Shown: positions 33,001 through 41,627 of the stretch, in pieces
Layout: each line of letters starts with the position of its first letter
Position numbering within the stretch: position 1 is the stretch's first letter
From: Halarcobacter sp.
Lineage (GTDB): Bacteria > Campylobacterota > Campylobacteria > Campylobacterales > Arcobacteraceae
Length of the DNA stretch: 64,000 nt
NCBI GenBank assembly: GCA_963676565.1
Contig: OY781089.1
Span: 1,280,001-1,344,000, forward strand
Reading direction: 5' to 3'
Translations under genes and position numbers: made by a program
The notes under the pieces: model-generated
Seen by the model: the letters and a program-made list of their open reading frames with translations, nothing else
Database searches by the model: none
Told to the model about the DNA's origin: nothing

Positions 33001-33152
33001 ATCTAATAGTTGGTGAAATAAATGTTAATAGTTTAAGAAATTTTCAATCACACAATATTTCACCATCAGTACCTTTTAAGCCTGTTCCTACAGGGTTTAA
33101 AATGTTAAAAGCTAGAAAAAAATGGGAAAATGAAATAAAAGAAGATTTATAA
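30039..33152 (+). CDS. Reverse transcriptase-nitrilase fusion (defence-associated RT, DRT1/UG1-like)
   Basis: RT: MDITSFYHQID, GLPIGISASPILAN, YGRYVDD; nitrilase: LILPELS (E), RQDK (K), LICNELTD (C), VQVNNRKYGDSRIRAP. Confidence 0.9.
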   Translation: MYLESLQEKDLYLAYKKTKFELFNDNISTSTVQLFEYEENLEDNIDKLYKNIKEEGLFNICSYSYYEIPKSYNEKQSEIQDEVHFFSSSLIHHKGNKQKNIELKFRKIIDANINFHIISTLWIDKIGQYIDEKLSHDVYGSRLVRIKPVDISSCEYDLTMQSYNLESPRIFEPYQYKYQKWRNNSFNTIRELHKSSSVIAVTMDITSFYHQIDIEEFISKEFYDNFGLSDLFEDNDELKIFHEDFIALLKKWNSSINSEDGLPIGISASPILANAVMKEFDNNIENKLKPTYYGRYVDDILLVFPDSGNIRNGEDVIRYLISKDIVKRDIKKDPNSIFYKKFTFKKNKQKIFYLDRNSDLSIIDAIESEINSISSEWRFMPDLVDDNSTFLQKIIGFYADGNEFNDALRKVDSTTIKKLGLSLLIGHAHSLNEYISPSEWKNKRHEIYDLIENHIFIPSNFFNNYMFISRIFKLMIHSGDGERAYCFLEKTISIIDSFREISSKNCIASNGKDVEFYRFEKYHYSLLQQVFLETCNILSNIKKRHLLKIINTLFNQEVFCDYSNVLITFYNRVMTKEVDKEGLISFDNLHIPATEINEDVIKEINAHLFFRDLAFNSFSSSCTEYVLTKNNYNLLKMNRKFLYNRYKDSNLEIKLSEEDTYLLVIDNFKEKIIEGLSNSPFLFPTRVFSANDISIVSCMSDGNQNSLLKAYVNCLRGNHNNYFTDSPLDNNNKEVLTIPYKKFSKSDNINIAITNFKVDESFWKKSVIKKPVKSLSRYLQLERIIKDAVKKKPDYLILPELSIPQEWAWRISKKLLSNGISLITGVEYIHSEVNSQKYVHNPIMMFLISDDIGFKYMKYFRQDKQVGAHGESFELKKIANIELIADKLYKKKYIYSHGDFFFSCLICNELTDIENRMRLRGNIDTLFIVEWNKDIKSFNSLVESASLDIHSYIVQVNNRKYGDSRIRAPFKDDFKRDIVQVKGGKHDYLIVGEINVNSLRNFQSHNISPSVPFKPVPTGFKMLKARKKWENEIKEDL

Positions 33153-33202
33153 GACTATTTATATTTTCAAGTAAATCTTGGAATATTCATATTATACCTT
33201 TA

Positions 33203-33314
33203 TTGTAAAAAATATCATAAGATGGTTCATGATGGAACAATAAATGTAAATGGTTTTGTTGCAACTTCGACTGGATTAGAATTACATTATACAATGGTGG
33301 ATGAAGATAAATAG
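33203..33314 (+). pseudogene. Right 112-bp direct repeat: orphan copy of the MutS-HNH 3' end
   Basis: Translates CKKYHKMVHDGTINVNGFVATSTGLELHYTMVDEDK*, no start codon context. Confidence 0.92.
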
Positions 33315-33398
33315 AATAATATTTCTACAAAAAATTTAAAAAAATCATCTTTTTAATGTTAAAATACATAAAATATTTGTAGATTAAAAGGCTATTTT

Positions 33399-33791
33399 GT
33401 GAATGAACAAATAAAACATTATGAAGATAAATTAAAATATGAAATTGATTCATATGACCTATCAGTGCTTTTAGAAAAAAAAGAAAAAGTTATTGTAATA
33501 GATGCAAGGGCGACTGAAGTTTATAATCAATCACATATTCCAACTGCTATTAGTTTTCCCCACAGAACTATGAATGAAGAAACAACAAAAGATTTAGATA
33601 AATCATTTTTATATGTAACCTATTGTGATGGCATAGGATGCAATGCTTCAACAAAAGGAGCATTAAACATGGCAAAGCTAGGGTTCAATGTAAAAGAGCT
33701 TCTAGGTGGTTTAGATTGGTGGAAAAGGGATGGTTATGAAACCTTAGGAACAAAAGGAACTGCGAAACAAAATATTCAGTGTGGATGCTAA
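33399..33791 (+). CDS. Rhodanese-like domain protein
   Basis: VIDAR, SHIPTA, YCDGIGCNAS, GGLDWW. Confidence 0.92.
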   Translation: MNEQIKHYEDKLKYEIDSYDLSVLLEKKEKVIVIDARATEVYNQSHIPTAISFPHRTMNEETTKDLDKSFLYVTYCDGIGCNASTKGALNMAKLGFNVKELLGGLDWWKRDGYETLGTKGTAKQNIQCGC

Positions 33792-33814
33792 TTAGTTTTA
33801 ATCTAATTAACATC

Positions 33815-35137
33815 CTACTCTGAAGTTACATCAGGTAGTTTTGATGCCATAAAAACTCCAGCTAATCCTACAATTGCTAGTAGTAAAATAATTCCATTTA
33901 GACCAATAATTGAACTTAAAATACCAATAAATCCACTAAATAGTAAAATAAAACCAATAACAGTATTTGAAACAGCTACATAATCTGTTCTTTTATTTCC
34001 CCCTGCAAGGTCAACTAAATAGGTTTTTCTTCCTATTCTAATACCTTGATATCCAATAGTTAAAATAAAATAGATTAAGGGCATTAACCAAATAGTTGCA
34101 AAAATATTTTCAAAAAAAGTGTCTAAAAAGAATACTAGAAATCCTAAAATAGAAGCAATAGTTGCCCCAATAATCATAGAGTTTTTACTTGATTTATCTG
34201 ATAGTTTTCCCCAAATAATTGAAGAAGAAAAATCAGCTAATCCTCCTGCAAGTATAAAAAGGCCAAGTAAGTAGTTATTTGATTCACTTTGTTGTTGGGC
34301 TAAAATTACAAAAAATGGAGCAGATAAAACAGAGCATAAAAAAAGTGCCCTTGATATTACAAAATTTCTAAAATCTTTATCTGTTTTAAGTAATTTTACT
34401 TTTTTTAGTGCAACACTAATTGCATTTCCTCCACCATCAGTTTCCCCTTCAAACTCATTTATTCTTGAATATATCAGCCCTGCTATTATCCAAAAAGCAC
34501 CAGCAGAAAATAAAATTATTCCAAAGTTTTGAGGCGAAAAAGGCTTTTCTCCAACTATTAAAAAATAGATTCCAAGACCTATTATTAAAAGTCCAGCTAA
34601 ACTTCCAGAGTATCCATTTAATACCCCTCGTCTAGTTTTAGGAATAGTTTTTCCTAAGACATCCTTTGCGGCAACTGAGCTAAGACCCCTTGCAAGTGAA
34701 AAAACAATAATTAATGCAATGATTGCAATTCCTGCATTAAGTCCTGTCATATTCCAAGCAACAATTCCAATTCCTATCATAGAAAGCGCTTGTAAAAAAG
34801 CACCACTCACCCAAACATATTTTCTAATAGGCATTTTTCTAACATAAGCAGCAATTAAAAGTTGAGGTAGAAGTGAACCTGATTCTCTAATAGGAACAAG
34901 GAAACTTATTAAAAAAAGAGGTACTGAAATTGATTCCATAATCCAAGGTATAATAACCTTCGTATTTGCAACTGAGTCTGCTAATTTATTAAAAAAGTAG
35001 CTAATTATTGTAAGAAAAAAGTTTCCAGGAACTACTTTACAAGCACTTTCATCAATTGCTTTACAAACTCTAGCATCTTCTTCATTCATCAGTTTTTCAT
35101 AAACTGATTCAGTTTTTTTTCTAATTCTTTCTTTCAT
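33815..35137 (-). CDS. MFS transporter
   Basis: About 12 hydrophobic segments, WGKLSDKS loop motif. Confidence 0.88.
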   Translation of the reverse strand: MKERIRKKTESVYEKLMNEEDARVCKAIDESACKVVPGNFFLTIISYFFNKLADSVANTKVIIPWIMESISVPLFLISFLVPIRESGSLLPQLLIAAYVRKMPIRKYVWVSGAFLQALSMIGIGIVAWNMTGLNAGIAIIALIIVFSLARGLSSVAAKDVLGKTIPKTRRGVLNGYSGSLAGLLIIGLGIYFLIVGEKPFSPQNFGIILFSAGAFWIIAGLIYSRINEFEGETDGGGNAISVALKKVKLLKTDKDFRNFVISRALFLCSVLSAPFFVILAQQQSESNNYLLGLFILAGGLADFSSSIIWGKLSDKSSKNSMIIGATIASILGFLVFFLDTFFENIFATIWLMPLIYFILTIGYQGIRIGRKTYLVDLAGGNKRTDYVAVSNTVIGFILLFSGFIGILSSIIGLNGIILLLAIVGLAGVFMASKLPDVTSE

Positions 35138-35306
35138 CTTTTTTATTTTCTTCTTTTCTTCGTTTTTTTTCTTTTAAAATATTTCTAGTCATTAGTAATA
35201 AAAAAAGTAGGGCAATTGAGATATTTATATAAAAGCCTAACATATTGTTTTCTATAAAAAACATATATGCAAGGCTAGAAAAGATTAGTGAGATTATTAA
35301 GCACAT
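35121..35306 (-). CDS. Small membrane hypothetical protein (start uncertain)
   Basis: Hydrophobic segments plus basic tail; fills the hisA-MFS gap. Confidence 0.45.
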   Translation of the reverse strand: MCLIISLIFSSLAYMFFIENNMLGFYINISIALLFLLLMTRNILKEKKRRKEENKKDERKN

Positions 35307-35322
35307 AAAGTATATGTGCCTA

Positions 35323-36036
35323 TTAGTTTTCTAAAACTTTAAACCCTTCTTCTAAGTCTAAAGTTCCTTCGTAAAATGCTTTACCAACAATTACTCCAGC
35401 AATATTTCCATTGGCTTTACAAGAAGTTATATCGTTAATATCTTTTACTCCACCGCTTGCAATTGTATCAACACCACTAGCAAGGGCAATTGATTCAGTA
35501 AATTCTACATTTACACCACAAAGCATCCCATCTTTTGAAATATCAGTACAAATAATTGCCTCAACGCCAGCATTTGCAAACTCTTTGGCTAAATCAGTTG
35601 CCCTCATTGTTGAAACTTCAGCCCAACCTTCAACTGCAACCATTCCATCCATAGCATCGATTCCAACAGCAATTGGATATTTTGAAGCCATATCTTTTAC
35701 AAATTGTGGATCTTTTACTGCAATTGAACCTAAGATAAGTCTGTCAATTCCTAGTTCAACATACATTTTGATAGTTTCTTCATCTCTAATTCCACCACCA
35801 ACTTCAATATTTAGATTACAGTTTTCTTTGATTTTTTTGATTTGTTCTAAGTTTGCTGGTTCCCCTGCAAATGCTCCATTTAAATCAACTACATGAACCC
35901 ACTTAGATCCTAACTCTTCAAATCTTTTTGCTACTTGCCATGGCTCATCTGAATAGATTTTTGCACTATCCATAAGTCCTTTACTTAATCTTACAGCTTT
36001 TCCATCTTTTAGGTCGATTGCTGGTAAAATATCCAT
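35323..36036 (-). CDS. hisA: ProFAR isomerase
   Basis: [34 protein letters not shown]. Confidence 0.98.
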   Translation of the reverse strand: MDILPAIDLKDGKAVRLSKGLMDSAKIYSDEPWQVAKRFEELGSKWVHVVDLNGAFAGEPANLEQIKKIKENCNLNIEVGGGIRDEETIKMYVELGIDRLILGSIAVKDPQFVKDMASKYPIAVGIDAMDGMVAVEGWAEVSTMRATDLAKEFANAGVEAIICTDISKDGMLCGVNVEFTESIALASGVDTIASGGVKDINDITSCKANGNIAGVIVGKAFYEGTLDLEEGFKVLEN

Positions 36037-36048
36037 TATTATATTTCC

Positions 36049-36663
36049 TTAATGTGTTAAATTTATAAAGTTTTTTAATATTTTGAGCCCATTGTCATGT
36101 GATTTTTCAGGGTGTGGTTGAAAACCATAAATATTTTCTTTATGTACAGCACTTACAAACTCATATCCATATTCAGTTGTTCCTATAACATTTTTTTTAT
36201 CTGTTACTGCATGGTAAGAGTGTACAAAATATAAATAAGGGTCTTTTAAGCCTTCAAATAAAGTATGCTCATCTTGTGTTTTTATTACATTCCATCCCAT
36301 ATGAGGGATTTTAGTATCTTCATGCATTTTAGATTTATCAAATTTTATAATATTTCCATCTATTAGCCCAAGACCTTCATGATTTCCAAATTCCTCAGAG
36401 CTTTCAAAAAGTAATTGCATACCTAAGCAAATACCAATCATTGGTTTACCTGTCTTAGCAAATTCATAAATAGCTTCTTTCATCCCTGTTTTATTTAAGT
36501 GTTCCATCGCATCACCAAATGCCCCAACACCAGGTAAAATAACCCTGTCAAAGTTTTTTAAATCTTCTGGGTTTTTTACAAATGAAGCTTTAGTATCAAG
36601 TAAACTACAGGCATTGTATACACTTGCTAAATTCCCCATATTATAATCGATAATTCCAATCAC
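36049..36663 (-). CDS. hisH: Imidazole glycerol phosphate synthase glutaminase subunit
   Basis: PGVGAF, GICLGMQ, PHMGWN, FVHSY, QPHPEKS. Confidence 0.98.
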   Translation of the reverse strand: MIGIIDYNMGNLASVYNACSLLDTKASFVKNPEDLKNFDRVILPGVGAFGDAMEHLNKTGMKEAIYEFAKTGKPMIGICLGMQLLFESSEEFGNHEGLGLIDGNIIKFDKSKMHEDTKIPHMGWNVIKTQDEHTLFEGLKDPYLYFVHSYHAVTDKKNVIGTTEYGYEFVSAVHKENIYGFQPHPEKSHDNGLKILKNFINLTH

Positions 36664-36793
36664 ATATAATCCTTTATTAAAAAGAAGATATTATACAAAA
36701 AAATTTCATTGCATAGAGTTAAAAGAAGATTTAAATTCTTTTTTGAGCTTTAATATAATTTTTTATATAATTTTATTTGAAAGGAATAAAAAT

Positions 36794-37225
36794 ATGTATA
36801 TATCTTTTAAAAGATATTTTTTAATATGCTTTATTGTTGTATTTACAGGATGTAGCTATCAACAGATTGATAAAAAAACAATAGTTTCTCCCAAAGTAGT
36901 AGATAAAAAGCCTAAATATAAGTTTTGTCATAATCATATAGAAATTATGAGACATGCTTCAACTTATATTTTTAATGAGTTTGAAAAAGGGTATTTTGCT
37001 CAAGAGGATGATATTGGTGCGAAGGCACAAGTTTTTTTGATTGAAAATAGATCTCCTACACCATTTTCTAAAAACATCAATGCTGCGCTGGATTCTTATA
37101 AGAAACAGTACAATTTAGCAAAAAAATATAAATGTGATTTAAACGATTTTGGAATAAACCCACTTGATAAAATCAAAGATAGAATTAAAACTATTGAAGC
37201 AAAGAAAGAAAAGGATAATAAATGA
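36794..37225 (+). CDS. Hypothetical lipoprotein
   Basis: ATG after AAGGA; lipobox FTGC. Confidence 0.75.
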   Translation: MYISFKRYFLICFIVVFTGCSYQQIDKKTIVSPKVVDKKPKYKFCHNHIEIMRHASTYIFNEFEKGYFAQEDDIGAKAQVFLIENRSPTPFSKNINAALDSYKKQYNLAKKYKCDLNDFGINPLDKIKDRIKTIEAKKEKDNK

Positions 37226-37476
37226 ATCCTTTAAAAATTTTTGCTTTTATAGTTTTTTTAGTTACTGTATCATTTGGAGAAGTTAAAGAGGTAGATAAAC
37301 TATTTGAAAAGGTTAATCATGCGTCTGATCCAAAAGAGAAAAAACAATTAATTGAAGAACTTAAAAAAAAGTTAGCTCAAGAAAATATCAAAAAACGTGA
37401 AGAGGCTGATGCTATTTTAAAAGCAAAAGAAAAGCTACCTAATAAACCCTATAAAGATATCTCTTTATCTAAATAA
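37222..37476 (+). CDS. Small secreted helical protein
   Basis: Signal peptide, RBS AAGGA, overlaps the upstream stop. Confidence 0.75.
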   Translation: MNPLKIFAFIVFLVTVSFGEVKEVDKLFEKVNHASDPKEKKQLIEELKKKLAQENIKKREEADAILKAKEKLPNKPYKDISLSK

Positions 37477-37485
37477 AGAAGCATT

Positions 37486-38130
37486 ATGAATAAAAAAATT
37501 AAAATTTTACTTTTAGAAGATGATACTATCTTAGCTCAAACAATGGTTCAAATTTTAGAGCAAGAGAACTATGATATTACCCTTGCAATTGATGGAGAAG
37601 AAGTTCTTGAATATACATATGAAAATAGATTTGATTTATATCTATTTGATATAAATGTACCATTGTTAAATGGAAAGGATGTCTTAAATTTATTAAGAGA
37701 AGCTGAGGATAACACACCAACTTTTTTTATTACAGCTTTAAGAGATACTAGATCAGTTTTGGATGGATTTAATTGTGGCTGTGATGATTATATTAAAAAG
37801 CCATTTGATATTGATGAATTATTAGCAAGAGTAAAAGCTACTTTAAAAAGAAAAAATCCAACACTTACATATAAAGATATAAGTTTTGATTTACTTGAGA
37901 ATAGAGTTTTAAAAGCAAATGAAGAGGTTCCTTTGGGAAACGTTGAAAAAGATATCTTTTCTTTACTTATAAGAAATATTGGTATGACAGTTAGTAAATC
38001 TTCTTTTTTTGATTATATGAATAAACCTAGTGAACCAGGACTTCGAGTTTTGATTAGTAAGTTAAAAAAAGTTTTAGAAATAGAGATTACAAATACAAAA
38101 GGTATAGGATATAAACTTGAAAAATTATGA
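37486..38130 (+). CDS. OmpR-family response regulator
   Basis: LLEDD, FDINVP, DDYIKKPF, winged-helix KGIGY. Confidence 0.96.
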   Translation: MNKKIKILLLEDDTILAQTMVQILEQENYDITLAIDGEEVLEYTYENRFDLYLFDINVPLLNGKDVLNLLREAEDNTPTFFITALRDTRSVLDGFNCGCDDYIKKPFDIDELLARVKATLKRKNPTLTYKDISFDLLENRVLKANEEVPLGNVEKDIFSLLIRNIGMTVSKSSFFDYMNKPSEPGLRVLISKLKKVLEIEITNTKGIGYKLEKL

Positions 38131-39148
38131 AAAAAAGTCTTTTTTTACCTCAGTTTATCTTTTCTTTATACCTTTAATGGTTTTTTCAAGTATTGTTTTA
38201 TACATGTATCATCAAGATAAGGTCAAAGATTTGAATCAAACAATTCTTTATCAAATGAAAGATTATACTTTTGATTTTAAAGGGGATACTTTTTCTTTAG
38301 ATATTGTTGAAGATAAAAAAGAGAAAGAGACTTTCAAAACATATTTTTGTGAAGAAGGACTTTGTGCATATTTTAAAACAAGCACTTCAGGACCATATCT
38401 TCTAAAAGTGATTTTTGATAAGCAAAAGTATAATGTTCTTTACAATGAGTTATTGCTTAGGATATTAAAATTTGCAATTATAGTATTTATCTTATTGTTT
38501 CTTCTATCTGTTGGTTTTGCAATGTACTCTTTAAGACCTATGAAAGAAGCTTTAACTTTATTGGAAACCTTTTTAAAAGATTTAATTCATGATTTAAATA
38601 CTCCTGCCACATCAATTTTATTAAATTCGAAACTTTTAAGAAGACGTGGAGATTTTGAAGAGATTGATAGAATAGAACTTAGTGCAAAAAGCATTGCTTC
38701 TTTATATAAAAACTTAGAATTTATTAATCCTAATAATATCACAACAGATGAAAAAGTTGATGTTTCAGAGTTAGTGAATAATAAAATAGAAATATTAAAA
38801 AAAATATATCCTAATATTAAATTTATTAACAACATAAAAAGTTTTGTTGTAGATAGCAATAAAAATGGACTTGATAGAATAATTGATAATTTATTAACAA
38901 ATGCATGTAAATACAATAAAAAAAATGGAGAAATAATTATCACAATAAAAGATAAAAAACTTATTATTGAAGATACAGGTATTGGAATTAAAAATACTAA
39001 AAAAGTTTTTGAAAGATATTATAAAGAAAACGATCGTGGATTAGGTTTAGGTTTGAGTATTGTAAAACAATTGTGTGATATTTTAAATATAAATATTTTT
39101 ATAAAAAGTGAACTTGGTAAGGGTACAAGTGTCGAATTAACTTTTTAA
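38117..39148 (+). CDS. Sensor histidine kinase
   Basis: Two TM segments, HDLNTP, NLLTNACKY, DTGIGI, GLGLGL. Confidence 0.96.
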   Translation: MKNYEKKSFFTSVYLFFIPLMVFSSIVLYMYHQDKVKDLNQTILYQMKDYTFDFKGDTFSLDIVEDKKEKETFKTYFCEEGLCAYFKTSTSGPYLLKVIFDKQKYNVLYNELLLRILKFAIIVFILLFLLSVGFAMYSLRPMKEALTLLETFLKDLIHDLNTPATSILLNSKLLRRRGDFEEIDRIELSAKSIASLYKNLEFINPNNITTDEKVDVSELVNNKIEILKKIYPNIKFINNIKSFVVDSNKNGLDRIIDNLLTNACKYNKKNGEIIITIKDKKLIIEDTGIGIKNTKKVFERYYKENDRGLGLGLSIVKQLCDILNINIFIKSELGKGTSVELTF

Positions 39149-39156
39149 AAAAAAGT

Positions 39157-39186
39157 ATACAGATTACCTATTTTGGTAATCTGTAT
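39157..39186. terminator. Terminator hairpin between convergent genes
   Basis: ATACAGATTACC...GGTAATCTGTAT flanked by A/T runs. Confidence 0.8.
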
Positions 39187-39232
39187 TTTTTATAGGGACT
39201 TAATTTTTTGTATAGGAAAGAGTGTTATGGGT

Positions 39233-39481
39233 TTAGTTGTTTTTTGTTGTTTCTACGGTTTTTAAGTTTTTGTTAACTAACTCATGTGCTTTTTTAAGAT
39301 TTTTTTTCTCAACTTGTCCAATCTCAATATCTAATTTGTCAAGCAATTTAGCTCTTTCTTCTTGATTAGTTGTATTGTTAATTTTCTCAACTAACATACT
39401 AATACCTTCTAGTCCAGTAGCTGCAAATACTGTAGTAGCAGTAACTATTAATAGTAATGCTAAATTCTTTTTTAAATTCAT
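39233..39481 (-). CDS. Small secreted helical protein
   Basis: Signal peptide ending VFA; AGGAGA RBS. Confidence 0.8.
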   Translation of the reverse strand: MNLKKNLALLLIVTATTVFAATGLEGISMLVEKINNTTNQEERAKLLDKLDIEIGQVEKKNLKKAHELVNKNLKTVETTKNN

Positions 39482-39568
39482 CTTTTTTTATCTCCTTTTA
39501 ATTTAGATGTATGGAATTATATATTTACAGTGTTAGTTAAGTGTAAGTTTATAAAAAAATCAAATTTT

Positions 39569-40138
39569 TTAGAGTTTTGCATCTGCTAAAGTAAGAGAAA
39601 ATAGAATTTTATTGTTTCTTTTTTCTAAAACTTTTTTTGCTTCTAATATGGTAGTTCCTGTTGTAATCATGTCGTCAACTAAGATTATATTTTTATTTGT
39701 AAGTTGTGTATTGAATTTTCTTTTATTTTTTTTTCTAAATTCTAGGTCATGACCTGCATATTTTACTATATTTGTTGCTATTAGTTTTGAATATAAAGGT
39801 TTGATAGCCTTTGATTTTAAATGACGTGAAAGAATTGCTGTTTGAGAAAAATCATGGCGTGTATGTTCATCTATACCTATTGAGTAAATCAATTCATCAA
39901 ATTCAAAATTTTGTGCAAATTTTTTAAATGAAAGTTTTGCCAAGATATTAAAAACTCTATCTCCATGGGAATAGTATTTTGAAGAGATTAAATCTTCGAT
40001 TTCACTAAATGAGTAAAATGAATAGTTGAAAAAATCTTTTTCAAGTTCTCTTTTATGAAAAGAGGGTGAAAGTAGATTTTCTTGACAAGATTTACAAATG
40101 ATTGATAAAGATAGGGTTTCACATAATAAACATTTCAT
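39569..40138 (-). CDS. comF: ComF family phosphoribosyltransferase-like competence protein
   Basis: CLLC...ICKSC, ILVDDMITTGTT. Confidence 0.85.
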   Translation of the reverse strand: MKCLLCETLSLSIICKSCQENLLSPSFHKRELEKDFFNYSFYSFSEIEDLISSKYYSHGDRVFNILAKLSFKKFAQNFEFDELIYSIGIDEHTRHDFSQTAILSRHLKSKAIKPLYSKLIATNIVKYAGHDLEFRKKNKRKFNTQLTNKNIILVDDMITTGTTILEAKKVLEKRNNKILFSLTLADAKL

Positions 40139-40229
40139 AATAAAAAACATTATATCATCTTTTTAATTTTAGATGATACAATTTATTATATTTATGATAC
40201 TATCCAATAAAATTTTTTAAAGATAAAAA

Positions 40230-41558
40230 ATGCTTGATTCTAAACCTTTTATTTTATTTTTCAAATATGTAATCCCTTCTATGTTGGGTTTTTTAGCAAT
40301 ATCATCTGCAAGTATTATTGATGGATATTTTGTAGGTAATTATATTGGCTCAGTAAGTTTAGCGGCTATTACTGTTTCTTTCCCTTTATTTAATATTTTA
40401 TTTGGCTTTGCTTTGATGTTTGCAGTTGGAAGCTCAGTTATTACAGGTAAATTAATGGGGGAGGGGAATAAAGAAGAAGCTTCTAATGTTTTTTCAAAAG
40501 CTATATATGTTATTGTTGTACTTTCAATCTCTTTGAATTTGTTACTTTATCTAAATATAGACAATATCTTAGACTTAATAAATGTAAAAGATCAATTAAG
40601 AGTTGAGACTTTAAATTATCTTCCTATTATTCTAAAGTTTTTACCATTTTTGATGATAGGAATTACACTTGATTACTTTGTAAGAGTAGATGAAAACCCA
40701 AACTTATCTTTTCTAGCCTTACTTGTAAGCTCACTTATTAACATAGTTTTAGATTATATTTTTATAGTAAAATTTGATTGGGGTATAAATGGTGCTGCAT
40801 ATGCAACTGGTATTTCACAAGTTTTTATTTTACTAGTATTAATTCCCCATTTTTTTCTAAAAAAGACAACATTAAGACTAGTAAAACCAAGGGGAAGTTT
40901 TTTGAGTATGTTTAATGCTTTGAAAAATGGTTCTTCAGAATTTGTTAATGAATCTTCTGTAGGTATTACTATTTTGGTTTTTAACTATATTTTATTAAAA
41001 ACCTTTGGTCCTTTAGGAATTGCTTCTTTTACTATTATTGGATATTTTATAACTATTAGTATCATGACAAGTTTTGCTGTTTCTGATTCTTTGCAAGCTA
41101 TTATTAGTAAAAATTTCGGCGCACAATATTTTAATAGAATGAAAAGTTTTCTAAAATTAGGAGTAGTAAGTATTTTATGTGTAGAGATATTTTTAACACT
41201 GTTTGCAATAATCACACCAGAGTCATTGATAAATATATTTTTAAATGATAGTGATATAAAAACAAAGCAGATAACAATAGAGTTCATCTCTTATGTCTGG
41301 CCTGCTTTTATTTTTTCAGGATTGAATTTATTAGCAAGTGCATATTTAACATCAATACAAAAGCCACTTTATTCAGGACTAATAGCTATTATGAGAAGTT
41401 TAATCTTTCCAATAATATTTATTTTTATATTGCCTCTTATTTTTGGAAATATAGGAATATTTATAGCTTTATCATGTGCAGAGATATTAACTTTTATTTT
41501 TGCATTTAGATTTTTTATGCTAAATAGACCAAGTGTACTTTCTAGAGTTTCTAAATGA
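40230..41558 (+). CDS. MATE family efflux transporter
   Basis: IDGYFVG, NIVLDYIF...GINGAAYAT, ISKNFGA. Confidence 0.93.
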   Translation: MLDSKPFILFFKYVIPSMLGFLAISSASIIDGYFVGNYIGSVSLAAITVSFPLFNILFGFALMFAVGSSVITGKLMGEGNKEEASNVFSKAIYVIVVLSISLNLLLYLNIDNILDLINVKDQLRVETLNYLPIILKFLPFLMIGITLDYFVRVDENPNLSFLALLVSSLINIVLDYIFIVKFDWGINGAAYATGISQVFILLVLIPHFFLKKTTLRLVKPRGSFLSMFNALKNGSSEFVNESSVGITILVFNYILLKTFGPLGIASFTIIGYFITISIMTSFAVSDSLQAIISKNFGAQYFNRMKSFLKLGVVSILCVEIFLTLFAIITPESLINIFLNDSDIKTKQITIEFISYVWPAFIFSGLNLLASAYLTSIQKPLYSGLIAIMRSLIFPIIFIFILPLIFGNIGIFIALSCAEILTFIFAFRFFMLNRPSVLSRVSK

Positions 41559-41627
41559 AACTTGAAATATTAATTTAGGAAATAATGACTTAAAAAGATA
41601 GTTTTAATGTAGAAGATGTGCTGAAGA

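Larger units (their letters stand above)
27703..33202. mobile_element. Integrase-less genomic island (candidate defence cassette) at the MutS-HNH 3' end
   Basis: Bounded by 112-bp direct repeats; contains only two non-housekeeping genes. Confidence 0.8.

Noticed and set aside
30039..33152. Retron or group II intron RT
   Set aside because: No msr/msd-like inverted repeats or intron RNA space, no retron VTG motif or maturase/HNH tail seen; the C-terminus is a nitrilase.
27703..33202. Prophage, ICE or transposon
   Set aside because: No integrase, transposase, phage or conjugation genes and no terminal inverted repeats were seen.
27591..33314. Diversity-generating retroelement (RT plus a ~110-bp repeat pair, one copy at a gene 3' end)
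   Set aside because: Mismatches are not adenine-specific on either strand and are nearly all synonymous. The RT is a large nitrilase fusion and no Avd-like gene is present.
33399..35137. Rhodanese and MFS genes as part of the defence island
   Set aside because: They lie outside the right-hand direct repeat and have no evident functional link.
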